A DNA stretch of 64,000 nucleotides from Eledone cirrhosa (Eukaryota). The stretch is from positions 31,248,001-31,312,000 of the forward strand of contig OZ024749.1 of NCBI GenBank assembly GCA_964016885.1, given 5' to 3'. Of this stretch, positions 14,323 through 27,385 are shown piece after piece. Position numbers and translations under genes: made by a program. Under the pieces are notes generated by a model. It did not search any database, was not told where the DNA came from, and saw only the letters and a list, made by a program, of their open reading frames with translations. The first letter of the stretch is position 1. Each line of letters starts with the position of its first letter.

Positions 14323-16431
14323 TTTCTTTATTTACCATAAAGGCATAAAAAGAAGGGACAAATACAAAGGGGGAGTTTACATATAATCGAGTAAAAAGGG
14401 TGTAACATGAAAATAATCGAAAATAACCTCAAAAGGGAGGGGACGTGATGGGGGTTGCACACACCCCCGAAAAAGTGTGCAATCCTTTGCCCGGGGAGCA
14501 CATGGAGAAGGTGCTCCCCTCTCCTTTACTTCTTTACCTACAGGATGGTATACAGAGAAGGCCCATTTACACGAGCCATTCTCGCCACTATCACCCACCT
14601 TTCATAAAACTGCCTCTGGCCAAGCACCTCTCTCTCCATTCTTATCCTTCTTCCGAAGTGATATCGGAAGAAGTAGACCAGACTATGGCCAGAGAGGAAG
14701 TTGCCTGACCTCAGACCTTTCAATCGTGTCCACCAAACAACCTCTTTCAACATGGCTATTACGCACAGAAAAACCGCCTTTGCTTCCTTTGTGAAGAGGG
14801 GAGGCGGTTTGATTGTCATCACGGACTCGGCTGTCAATTTAATCGGCGCCACCCGCGACAGCAGTTGTTCGGCGTAGCCCCACAGATCAGCCACGCCCGG
14901 ACATTGCACCAATGCGTGCGCCACGGTTTCTTCGTGACGCACGCATCTAGGGCAAATCTTTTTTGAGGGATCCCTGCCCGGGCGCCCGTGTCTGTAGAGC
15001 CTCTCTCGAACGGGTAGAGCCCCTCGGTAGCACTGCCAGGCCAGTGACTTCTGGAAGTTGTCCATTGGTCCTGGGCCGAAAGTCCTACCGAACAGGCTGG
15101 CCAGTTCGTCTTCTTCCATGTCCAGCGACTCTCCAAGGGTGTCATCGCCCCTGCTAGCCACCAGCCCTCTATAGAATGATGAGGTGGATTCTCCACCGAT
15201 GGCCCGGCCCGCTTGCCAGAGAGCCCTGAGCGCCTGAGCACACTCAGTGTGCCAGTCTCCCAGTTTTCCGGATCTTTGCTTGACCCAGGACTGTAGCTCG
15301 GTGAGTGAGACGAGTCTCGGAAAGGCTCGTTTCACGAACGGAGCCCACACCGGTTGACCAGTGAGGAATACCTGTAGGTGCCGTAGCCTTAATGCGTGCC
15401 TACGCATCATCAACCACGGCATCCCCAGCCCTCCTTTCGAAGGTTGTTGGCAGCAGATGGATCTTCTCACCATAGGAGGACGCTTCTTCCAAAGAAATTG
15501 GAAGAGCATGCGTTCCATGGTGGTGAGTGTTTCCTTAGGGCAAGGCACGACAGTCAGGCGGTAGTAAGTGACGGACGCTATGTAAATGTTCGCCACCTCC
15601 GCCCGGCCTTTTAGGGACAGCTTACACTTGGCCCATTTCTGGGTTAGTGCAAACACCTTGTTCGTAACCTCGTTCCAGTTCTTTTCCACCTGGAGGTCCG
15701 GTCCAAACCAGACCCCAAGCAACTTTACCGGGCCCTCCGTCCAGTGTCCGACGACACCATCGGGAGGCATCGGTCTGCCTCTCCACGTTCCGAGTTGCAG
15801 CCCGATGGATTTTTCCCGGTTCAGTTTCGCTCCTGACAACCTTTCGTACTCCTCCAGTAAGGTACCGATCGCCTCGATCTCCGAGTCGGTTGATACCATT
15901 ACTGTTACGTCATCGGCGTAGGCCGACACCGCTTTGCTCAATCCTGGTTCCAGGGGGATACCCTGCAACAACTCCAACTTCCTCAGTAAAGGCTCGAGAG
16001 TCAATACGTACAGAAGGGAGGAGAGAGGGCACCCCTGTCGAATGGATCGTGTGATTTCGAACGGCTTCGAAAGGTAGCCGTTCACCTTGATCCTAGAACA
16101 GATGTGGTTGCTATGTAGGGCAGTGATCCAGCCTCTGAAAACAGGACCGAACCCAGCCGCCGCTAGCACCGCATCCAGGTAACCATGGTCGACCCTATCG
16201 AAGGCCTTAGACTGATCCAAGTTGATCAGGGCCCCACCGAAGCCGGGTTTGTTGCCAACCCTCTCTATGATGTATCGCATGAGGTGGAGGTTATCGTGAA
16301 TGGACCTGGATGGGATAGCACATGTCTGCGCATCTCCAACCAGGCCACCCACGACAAGCGCCAACCTCTTTGCTAACACCTTGGCCAAAATCTTTAACTC
16401 TGTGTTTAGCAGGGTTATGGGCCGAAAATTC
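14323..16431 (-). mobile_element. Tx1-like LINE copy D, near-identical to copy C at 2134-bp offset, open RT frame 14538-16431
   Basis: Same 5' truncation point. About 9 substitutions seen relative to copy C. Confidence 0.93.
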
Positions 16432-16849
16432 TTAGATAGTTAGATAGATAGATAGATAGATAGATAGGGAGATAGATATATAGTTATCTTGAAAGTAATT
16501 TAGATGAGAAAAAGTATAAAACATATGATAACAAAATCTGTTAGAACAACAACGAAGCTATAAACCAAATGTTCATCTTCCCATTTTTCTCTGTGTAAAC
16601 CAATTAACTTTTTATTAAATAAATAAACACAGCAGATTAAAATGTTTGGATAATAAAATTGTTTAAGCGAATGGAAAAAAGAAATGGAATTTGAAAATGT
16701 AAAATTTTGCAAATTTATAAAGATTTGTGTTATAATTATTATTGTTATTATTATTAATATATATTGTATCTTCATGTTATTGTTTAGAGATAATTTATGT
16801 ATGGAGATAATTGTTAATGTTTTGTTATTCTTCTTGGTGATGTTCTTGT

Positions 16850-16951
16850 AGTTGTTGTTGCTGTTGTTGTAGTTCTTGCGATAACAGTAGTAGTATTAGT
16901 AGTAGTAGTAGTAGTAGTAGTGGTAGTAGTAGTAGTAGTAGTAGTAGTAAC

Positions 16952-16982
<31 letters not shown>

Positions 16983-16984
16983 AC

Positions 16985-17049
<65 letters not shown>

Positions 17050-17063
17050 CAGCAGCAGTAGTG

Positions 17064-17097
<34 letters not shown>

Positions 17098-17152
17098 AAG
17101 TAGTAGCAACAACAGCAGTAGTGGTAGTAGTAGTAGTAGTAGTAGTAGTAGC

Positions 17153-17184
<32 letters not shown>

Positions 17185-18390
17185 AAGCAGCAGCAGCAGC
17201 AAAAGCGGTAGTAGTAGTAGTAGTTGTAGTAACAGCAGCAGTAGTAACAGTAGTAGTACTTGTTGCTGTATCTGTTGTTGTTGTTCTAGTAGTTGCTGAT
17301 GATGATATGGGTAGTTATTATAACTATGGTTGTTCTAACAGAGACTGTGTTGTTGTTGTTGGTGGTGGTGGTGCTGTTGTTGTTGTTGTTGTTGTTTTGT
17401 TGTTGTTGTTGTTGTTGTTTTTGTTGTTGTTGTTGAATTTGTTGTTGAATTTGTAGCTGTTGTTACACATATTTTTGTTGTTGCTGTTGTAATTATGTAA
17501 TGTTTTTTTGTAGGTTTTGTTGTAGTTGTTGTTAAAGTCGTAGTTGCTTTTGTTGTTGGATTGGCAGTATTGGTAGAGAGTCGGACGCCATGCTTCGCAG
17601 CATAGAGTTACGACCCTTTACGGTCTGAGTTCAAATCCCGCCCGCCGAGGTTTACTTTGCCTTTCATCCTTACGGGGTCGGTCGATAAAATAAAGTACCA
17701 GTAATGCACTGGAATAATTGCTGGCCTTGTGCCAAAAGTAGAAACACTTATTATTCCTGTACTTGTGGATGTTTTTGTAGTTATTGTTGTTGTTGTTGTT
17801 GTTGTTTTTATTGTTGCAGTTGTTGCTGCTGTACTTGTAGTAGTTGTTGTCATTGTAGTTGACACTGTAGTTGCTGTAGTTGTTGTACTTGCTGTTGTTG
17901 TAGTAGTTAATACTATAGTTGTTGTTGCTGTTGTTGTAGTAGTTATTGCTGTAGTTGTTGTTGCTGTTGTTGTAGTAGTTATTACAGTAGCTGATGTAGT
18001 TGCTGTTGTTGTAGTTATTACTGTAGGTGTTGTTGCTGTTGTTGTTGTAGTTATTGCTGTAGTAGTTATTGCTGTAGTTGTTGTAGTTATTGCTGTAGTT
18101 GTTGTTGCTGTTGTTGTTGTAGTTATTGCTGTAGTAGTTATTGCTGTAGTAGTTATTGCTGTAGTTGTAGTAGTTATTGCTGTAGTTGTTGTTGCTGTTG
18201 TTGTTGTAGTTATTGCTGTAGTAGTTATTGCTGTAGTTGTAGTAGTTATTGCTGTAGTTGTAGTAGTTATTGCTGTAGTTGTTGTACTTGCTGTTGTTGT
18301 AGTCATTACTGTAGTTGTTTAAGGTTATAGTTGTAGTTGCTGTAGTAGTTGTTGTTGTCATTCTAGTTGCTACTGTTGCTGTTACTACTT
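16850..18390. repeat. (GTA/GTT/GCT)n trinucleotide low-complexity tract interrupted by a SINE
   Basis: Directly visible. Source of the poly-L/V/T pseudo-ORFs. Confidence 0.95.
17556..17746 (+). mobile_element. tRNA-derived SINE, family 1
   Basis: Same boxes, core and 3' end gccaaaagtagaaac. Confidence 0.9.
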
Positions 18391-19112
18391 TTCTATCATA
18401 CTTCTTGTAGTTATCAACATTTTCTACATGTTTTGATATTTTTATCACATTTTCTACCTTTTGTTTCTCCAGATATGTATGGCTTCATTTTAAACATAGT
18501 CTTCTATTGTGTTCACCTATTCTGCACTTTAACAATCTATACCATCTCTTCATTCTTTTCATTTCATTTAGTACGATAAAGAAATGCATTAAGTGCATTA
18601 TTTTTTATTCAAATCAACATGTCCCCAGTTGAATATCCCACCGGAATTCCATATCTTTCACTTCAATACATTGGGGGAGATCTAATCAGATAAAGTAAAC
18701 AAGAGGAAGACTATGGTACAAAAAACAGTGAAGGATTTGGTTGGAACTCTGTGTATGAGGGTGAGGGGCACCATGTATGTGTGGGGGCGTCATGATCCTC
18801 CATCACTCCCACCAATGAGTTTACATTCACTTGGTCAATGTAATTCTCAGGAAGATTCAGGGAAGAGCATTGGATGATAAGGTTTACTGCATTAATTACA
18901 TGTGCAACATATGTTTGCCGCTTGAGTGGACAGAAAGAAGGTTTTCTGTGGATAAGATGACGATGATGCGGTCTATTCAGTTTTATTAACAATTTGATTG
19001 TGTTTACATAATAACAGCTTGAAAAGAAACATCAGTAACCAATGTTTCACACCAACAATTATGTAGGAATGTGTCTCTCTCTCTATATATATATATATAT
19101 ATGTATATATAT

Positions 19113-19153
<41 letters not shown>

Positions 19154-19198
19154 GGGAGAGAGAGAGAGAGATTATATATATATATATATATATATATA

Positions 19199-19378
19199 TA
19201 ACGAAGGAAATGTGGTAAGGAACCAGATGGACCATAACGCACCAAAGTACTCAATACTTAGGGTAGTAGAGTGGGTAATAGGAACAAGTATGACCCCGAC
19301 GGCAGAGCTCAAGCCGTTTCGAAACGGGTCGAAACGGCTTGAGCTCTGCCGTCGGGGGGGGGGGGGGTCATACTTGTT

Positions 19379-19382
<4 letters not shown>
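19199..19382 (-). mobile_element. TA-flanked fold-back element family A
   Basis: Homologous to 4530-4724. Hairpin ~19279-19382. Confidence 0.85.
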
Positions 19383-19425
<43 letters not shown>

Positions 19426-19631
19426 GTATGTATAAAATTCAATGACGATTTATTAAGCCCTCATTACATTTATTGACTGCTGACGCGCGTTTCACTATTG
19501 ATCAGCTCAAGGTTCAGTCTATATCGAGCTGGCCCGACTCTGGAATCAAACGCTCATCGAACCTCTGCTATTATAATGACAAAATGAACACTATGAAAAA
19601 GTTCCATAACACTTCCTCCAGTACATTCCCT

Positions 19632-19679
<48 letters not shown>

Positions 19680-19680
<1 letters not shown>

Positions 19681-19736
19681 TGTTGTTTCCTTATCGAGCC
19701 CTCTTTGGATTTTAGTCTTCAAATATATTATTATTA

Positions 19737-19740
<4 letters not shown>
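19680..19740 (+). mobile_element. Family B 3' stub in (TA)n
   Basis: Reverse complement of 2233-2285 and 59118-59170. Confidence 0.7.
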
Positions 19741-19775
<35 letters not shown>

Positions 19776-19778
<3 letters not shown>

Positions 19779-20388
19779 GGTGGCTGCCAACTCGTTTTCA
19801 AGTACGGCCACTACTTTATATCCATGTAGGAGAACCCCTATCGATGCGCTGAACAAGTGTGACTTTTTAGTCCAGCCAGCGACTTGAAAACTCTGGTACA
19901 AACACTACACTTGTGAAAATTATTGACACATAATGCTGGGCCCATGGGACCATGTGATGACAAGTGCAGAGAGATCTCCAGATATAAAGCAATGCCTGTG
20001 CTGTGAAGCTTTTATAGTGAGCAAAGGCACTGCACAAAGCCAGTCCCACTCTCTTAACCAAGATGACATTTACCAAAACGAAGAACAAGTCAACTTTATT
20101 GGATACCATCAGGGTTGCAGGTGTTATATCAGAGTTTTCCTTCTCATAGAATTCTGCGCTTGACAAAGGCTAAGGAGTCATCTCTCCCGGTTATATTGGA
20201 TGGCCATTGACTCTTAAGAGCTCCTTTGCCCTTTGACAGGTTTTGTTTTTAGTCCTGCAGGATGTCCAAAGTCACCCTCCTCACCAAGAAACCTTGGTGG
20301 GGTTGCCAGTTTAGTCGCCAGCGACCCGACCATCAGACAGGTTGTAGTGGGATACATGTTACCAGTAGCACCAACTGGTGACCTGACA
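19776..20388 (-). mobile_element. Probable RTE-type LINE 5' UTR fragment, possibly internally inverted near 20100
   Basis: GC-richer island between TA tracts. 20194-20270 is homologous to 4-80. Strand is supported only for 20100-20388. Confidence 0.45.
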
Positions 20389-20505
20389 TATATATACATA
20401 CATACATGCATACATACACACATATATATATATATTGTCATTGGAATATGTATCACAGCATTATCAATAAAGGGCTTTAACATCTGAAACTACTTCGCAT
20501 TTTCT

Positions 20506-20578
<73 letters not shown>

Positions 20579-20590
20579 TCTCTCTCTCTC

Positions 20591-20637
<47 letters not shown>

Positions 20638-20693
20638 ATACTTGGGGAGGGTCATATGTGTGTAATATTGCCAGAATTAATAACAGAACACAG

Positions 20694-21035
20694 TCACTGT
20701 TTGGTTGGTTTTCGCTTTTCGCTTCTGTGTCTTTTATATCGGTAATCTAATTTATTCGGTCCCCAATGTCGCCATTGACTTGACAAGACCAGAGAATACA
20801 AAGCTTCAACGGTGTGAGTGGCCGTGGTAAATATTATCAGAAAAAACAGGATATCCTGGCGTTTTACCATGTAGCTGAGAAAGTGACCAAAAGGACCAAG
20901 ATTTTGGTATGGAATTATTGATGGCTGGAAGTAGCAGATAAACAACAGTGATATACCCAAAGGTACGATTAAAGCAACCAACAAACTTGGAAATCGTGGT
21001 TTAGTGCCCAAAATACTCTTCATTTGTCCTGCCAT
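20694..21035 (-). pseudogene. TMEM254: TMEM254-like processed fragment (left arm)
   Basis: Mirror copy of 21282-21680, with a 1-bp indel near the C-terminus. Confidence 0.72.
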
Positions 21036-21281
21036 TATTGTTATAGCCTACTTGTTATGTCTAACCTGTTTGATACAACACTTAATACGGCTGCTGAAGC
21101 AGTCTAATCTAAATTATAAAAAAATAATTATAGGATTGGTGTTAAGCTCTTAATGTAGATACATTAAGAGCTTAATACCAATCCTATAATTATTTTTTTA
21201 TAATTTAGATTAGACTGCTTCAGCAGCCGTATTAAGTGTTGTATCAAACAGGTTAGACATAACAAGTAGGCTATAACAATA

Positions 21282-21680
21282 ATGGCAGGACAAATGAAGA
21301 GTATTTTGGGCACTAAACCACGATTTCCAAGTTTGTTGGTTGCTTTAATCGTACCTTTGGGTATATCACTGTTGTTTATCTGCTACTTCCAGCCATCAAT
21401 AATTCCATACCAAAATCTTGGTCCTTTTGGTCACTTTCTCAGCTACATGGTAAAACGCCAGGATATCCTGTTTTTTCTGATAATATTTACCACGGCCACT
21501 CACACCGTTGAAGCTTTGTATTCTCTGGTCTTGTCAAGTCAATGGCGACATTGGGGACCGAATAAATTAGATTACCGATATAAAAGACACAGAAGCGAAA
21601 AGCGAAAACCAACCAACAGTGAGTGTGTTCTGTTATTAATTCTGGCAATATTACACAAATATGACCCTCCCCAAGTATAA
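21282..21680 (+). pseudogene. TMEM254: TMEM254-like processed (intronless) fragment with an unrelated C-terminus
   Basis: FQPSIIPYQNLGPFGHFLSYMV...HTVEALYSLVLS resembles, from memory, human TMEM254 WPQSIPYQNLGPLGPFTQYLV...HVGESLYAIVLC. Similarity stops at ~21538. Confidence 0.75.
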
Positions 21681-21724
21681 CTATATTTGTTTCGACACAC
21701 GATTTCATATAAAAAACCTCGCAA

Positions 21725-21794
<70 letters not shown>

Positions 21795-21796
<2 letters not shown>

Positions 21797-22191
21797 TTAA
21801 GAGTTAAATAAGGTTCAATGAATACATCAAAGAATGAGTTTTACATTAGATTGGAAGCACTCAACAGCCAAATGTTTTCCAGAGTTATTAATATTAATTC
21901 AAAATATTAACAAAATAGATATTGTTGTGATCAATTATATTTTATTATACATATTTCAGAGGTACTGAGTTAAGTTCAACAGTACGTCCTGATCAGATAA
22001 AATAAAATGATACATGACATACATGATACATGACTTGATTGAATCTTAACCATCTACTATGTCAGGGTATGTCATGTATCATTTTCTTTTATCTGATGAG
22101 GACGTACTGTTGAACTTAACTCAGTACCTCTGAAATATGTATAATGAAATATAATTGCTCACAAGAATATCTATTGTGTTAATATTTTGAA

Positions 22192-22198
<7 letters not shown>
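21795..22198 (-). mobile_element. TA-flanked fold-back element related to family C, hammerhead in each arm
   Basis: Inverted arms ~21890-22022 and ~22067-22198 plus a unique tail containing aagcactcaaca, shared with ~5945-5956. Confidence 0.85.
22087..22149 (+). ncRNA. Minimal type I hammerhead ribozyme
   Basis: ttttat-CTGATGA-ggacgtactg..cagtacctct-GAAA-T-atgt-A-TA-atgaaa. The mirror copy at 21940-22002 (-) has CTGATCA. Confidence 0.78.
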
Positions 22199-22558
<360 letters not shown>

Positions 22559-22575
22559 GTATATATATATATGTA

Positions 22576-22623
<48 letters not shown>

Positions 22624-23899
22624 TATATATATGTATATACATATGTATATATACGTATGTATATACACTCATATACATATGAATATATATATATGTGTGT
22701 GTGTGTTTGTGTGTGTGTCTGCCTGTCAGTCTGTGTGTATGTCTGTATGTATATATACACATATATTCGTTGTCAGGCTTTAATTCGTATATACTGAATC
22801 AGCTGTTTGTTTTCGTATCTTTTAATGTTTATACCATCTTAATTATACCAGGAATAAATACAGCCCGGCAGCCATATGATTAGATTTTCTGGTCATACAA
22901 GAAATTTCCGTGTTTCACACAATTTTATGTTGTTTTTTCTGATTAATCTCCAAAATAATGCCATTTTGCTGCGAGGCCAATCTTGTCTGTTGCATAGTGG
23001 AAATATTAGAAATACATCAAATATGATTTTTATATGGAAATATTTTTGATCTTATGAAGTCTGCCATTGTATAAAGTTGGTGTATATAAAGAAATAATTT
23101 GAAAACCTTCAGATATAATCGTATATACGCCTTACTCAGTTATATACACATACATACATGCATACATACACATACATACACACATACATATATATACACA
23201 CATAAATATACACACACATATATACATACAATGATACATGCTTGCTTGTATACATGCATATATGTATACACACATCCTTACACACATATTCGTACGTGTG
23301 GCTGCGCGTTTGTCTGTAACTATATCAATAAGGAGCTATCTGTTAAAGGATTTATGTATGTATGTATATATGGAAAATATTTATTTGTCTATGCGTGTCT
23401 CTTTTGTTTGGAGTGGTGTGAACAGGACAGTGGAATATCTGACTTTCATAAAATGACGGCCTTATCATTTTTATAGAATCGCGCAAATTGAGAAAACCAG
23501 CAACGTCAATGTTTTTACTGATGTGGGTTAAACCTAGCAACGAGCTAAAACGTTTTACTCTATTCTTGACCATTTGAATTAAGATATCTTTACCCTAAAA
23601 TTTACCAGGATTATTAAATATATTTTAATAATTCACACCTTGGTTTTGTTTTATTTTAGTTATTCAATCCATTTCAACTGTATTGTCGTAGTTGACGAAA
23701 TCACTGGCTTTACTTATTTAACCATTATATATTTAACAATTTCTTTAGCATGTCTTAACCAATGTCTTTGGAAAATAATCTAGAACTTCCATCATCTTTG
23801 GCGGCGGGTACATAGTTTTAAAACATTTCTGTCAAAATGATATAAGAAATATTTTAGGTTGTTTGATATCAAATTTTAAAGTAAATGTCTGTTTTCAGC

Positions 23900-24130
23900 C
23901 AAAGTCTCATTCAGGCCGTGGCTTATACCCGGTTTCTTTTGCGTTAAGCGACTGAGAATAAAAGACAGAACGCTGGTCTATTACAGGTTTACCTCCCCAG
24001 CTACAGTTAGTTCTCACTAATCTCAGCTGAGTGTAGTGGAACAATGTGAAATAAAGTATTTTGTTCAGAAACATAAGGCAGCGATCGAACCGACTACATT
24101 GTGATTGTACTCAAGCATCCTATTTACTAT
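23900..24130 (-). mobile_element. Degraded SINE related to family 2
   Basis: cagctgagtgtagtggaacaatgtgaaataaagtattttgttcagaaacataa matches the family 2 body. Also related to 33745-33965. Confidence 0.6.
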
Positions 24131-24467
24131 ACACTGGTCGTTGTATTGTTCAACATTAAAAAGTATCCAAGACTAGATATTTCTAACTAGATAACAAGGT
24201 AGTAAAGTTGAATAGTTTATCAAAGACCGTATCTAGCACCATTTGTTTCATGGGTTGACAGTAGATGGCGGCCTCTAACTTGTAAATCTATTGAAATTCA
24301 CCTGACACAAAATTCTTGAAACGGTCGTATAAATCCAAGTGTTATTATTCAACAATTTACATTGACAAAAACACAAAACACGAAAGACGAAATACCTCGC
24401 ACATATACAAACATACATGCACAGACACTTACACACACGCACGAATAAACGCAGAAACACAGACACG

Positions 24468-24562
<95 letters not shown>

Positions 24563-24894
24563 TTAGATAGATAGACAGATATACAGATATATATGTATAT
24601 ATAGATAGATAGATAGCTAGATAGATAGATAGATAGATAGAAAGAAAGCTAGATAGATAGAGAGATAAGTAGCTAGATAGATCTCCATACTTATGGATTC
24701 TGTCAGTGGAAACTGTTGACAGAATTCAATGTTTCCTTTAGAATCCCAGAACAATATAATTCCCTGTCTTCATTATAACGACGGAAGTCTGTAAAAGGAA
24801 AACGGAAGTTGTATTACTAATTGTTATTCTTCATGTTTGGCCTTCCCTCATACTAACAGCGAAAGTTCGGCAAAGACCTAGAACTGAATAACGG

Positions 24895-25412
24895 CAATGA
24901 CAACAATAACAACAGCAACAACAACAATAACAACAGTAATAGCAACAACAATAACAACAACAATAACAGCAGCAATAACAACAGCAATAACAACAACAAC
25001 AACAACAGCAATAACAACAATAATACATCAACAATAACAGCAGCAATAACAACAACAACAACAGCAACAATAACAACAACAACAGCAGCAGTAACAACAA
25101 CAATATTAATAACAACAACAGCAGTAGCAATAAAACCGCACAACAGCATCACCAACAACAACAACCATAGCAACAACATCAACAACAACAGCAGCAACAA
25201 CAACAACAACAACAACAGCAGCAACAATATCTTCTCTCCTCGTTATCATCTCCATAACCACCACGATCATCCCCACCACTAACAACATCAACAACAGCAA
25301 TAACAACAACAACAACAGCAACAACAACAACAGCAACATCACCACCAACAACAGTAACAACAGCAACAGCAACAACAACAAAAACAGCAACAACAACAGC
25401 AAAAACAACAGC

Positions 25413-25488
<76 letters not shown>

Positions 25489-25790
25489 GCAACAGCAGCA
25501 ACTACAATAACAGCAACAACTAAAATAGCAGCAACAACAACAGCAACAGCAGCAACTACAATAACAGCAACAACAACAGCAACAACAACAGCAACAACAG
25601 CAACAACAACAACAGCAGCAACAACAGCAGCAACAACAGCAACAACTGCCACAACAGCAGCAGCAACAGCAGCAGCAACAACAACATCATCAACAGCAAC
25701 AACAGCAATAACAACAACCACAGCAACAGCAACAACAACAACAACGGCAACAATAACAACAAAAACACCACCACCAACAACAACAACTGC
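24895..25790. repeat. (CAA/CAG)n low-complexity tract
   Basis: Directly visible. Confidence 0.95.
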
Positions 25791-26595
25791 TGCTCATTGA
25801 AGTATGACCGTAAGACAATTCGTAACAGGTGATATGTCACTAATTATAAAAGAAATATCAATACCATAATACAGGTGAGGTGTTTGTTCATGACTTGTCC
25901 ACACGTGTGTGTTAAATATTCAACTATTGAATGGAAAAAACCGGTCTCTAAAACTGCCCTCAACAAGTACTATTTCATTGGTTTGTCTCCAGGGAAAAAC
26001 TGTCGTTAAAACGTTGGATTGAAAGAGCTCTTTGTGACATTCGTTACAGCTGACTGCGCGCTCTCATATTTATTTGCATTTGGATATCGATAAATAAAGC
26101 ATAGGTCGATGGGTGGTCGATTGATGGAATTGTTAAATTGGAAAGAATCAGTGAACAGATTTTACGGACAAAACCAACCGGCAGGAGACCCAGGGAGAAG
26201 CAATGTCCCTGATTCTTAGCTGGGTATTTAGATTGGTGGGGAGGAAATAAGAAAAGAGCAAAGTATCCTTACACCGGGAATCTGGTCCGAATGCTAGCCA
26301 ATGAAACGCATCCGCTGAAGTCCTTAACCAGGTTCTGGTGTTAAACTAAGCCACTAATTAAGACTATCACCCATGAACCTAAGGTACAAAGACAGAGCAA
26401 ATGCCACAAGGCATCTAGTCCGACGCTCTAACAATTTTGCCAATCCAACATTAGATAGTATAATAAAACAAATAGAGGAATTTGTCTCATCCCTCTTCAA
26501 TCTTCATCCGCTCAAATTCAACTTTTCTTTCTATTATTTCTGCATCGACAAAATAAAGTATAGGAAGGTTTCGAATATAGATTTTCACATAATAT

Positions 26596-26784
26596 AATTG
26601 TTTCTACTTTTGGCACAAGGCTGGGGATTACTCATGCATTACTGGTACTTTATTTTATCGATCCTGTAAAGATGAAAGGCAAAGTTAACCTCAGCGGGAT
26701 TTGAACACAGATCATAAAAGGAGGTAACTCTATGCTTGAAAGCTTGGCGTCCGACCCTCTACCGATACTGCCAATCCACCGCCT
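26596..26784 (-). mobile_element. tRNA-derived SINE, family 1
   Basis: Homologous to 5604-5793. Confidence 0.88.
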
Positions 26785-27180
26785 ATTTTCACATAATATA
26801 ATACGCGTTAAAAGACTTTGTGAAGTAGTAAAGTTATGTAAATCAAAAAGAGACCGCTTGGGAAAAGTATATGTATCACAACACACACACAAACTCACAC
26901 ACACACACTCACAAACATAAATACGCACACACACAAGCACACACACGCAAACACGCACAGACACTCACACACACACACAAACGCGCACGTTGATTGAAAG
27001 TTTGCAAGAGGAGGTGCTTTGCTTGAAAATAAATACATTTTCTAATTTCACATCAGTCAAATCTATATAAAGGTTGTAACGATTTAACTAGTCCACACCT
27101 AGGTGAGTATCTTATTATTGACTGATTGGCAAAGGTGACCTAAAATGAAATGGAAAAATATATCTAACAGTTATGTAAGT

Positions 27181-27385
27181 GAAGGCGAGTGACTTAATGG
27201 TTAGATAATTGGATTCGCAATCGTGAGTTTGCGAGTTTGATTCCAGGACTGGGTGATACGTTATGTCCTTGAGCAGGACACTTTATTTCACGTGCCTCTT
27301 TCTACCAGCAGTTGCGACCGTAAATATCTACCAGCAGAGGAAAGATTAATGGAAACATTGTTTCTTTGGTACGATATGTTGAGTT
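27181..27385 (+). mobile_element. tRNA-derived SINE, family 2 (diverged)
   Basis: Homologous to 63494-63708. Confidence 0.8.

Larger units (their letters stand above)
20635..21727. mobile_element. TA-flanked ~1.05-kb fold-back insertion carrying a retrocopied host gene fragment
   Basis: Arms 20635-21157 and 21160-21681 are near-perfect reverse complements around a 2-nt loop. A 46-bp unique tail at 21682-21727. (TA)n on both sides. Confidence 0.9.

Noticed and set aside
8319-16376. Plus-strand ORFs overlapping the LINE copies
   Set aside because: Antisense shadows of GC-rich RT coding sequence.
26150-26345. GC-richer island with a possible minus-strand donor (gtaagg)
   Set aside because: No convincing acceptor, several frames equally open, and no recognisable product.
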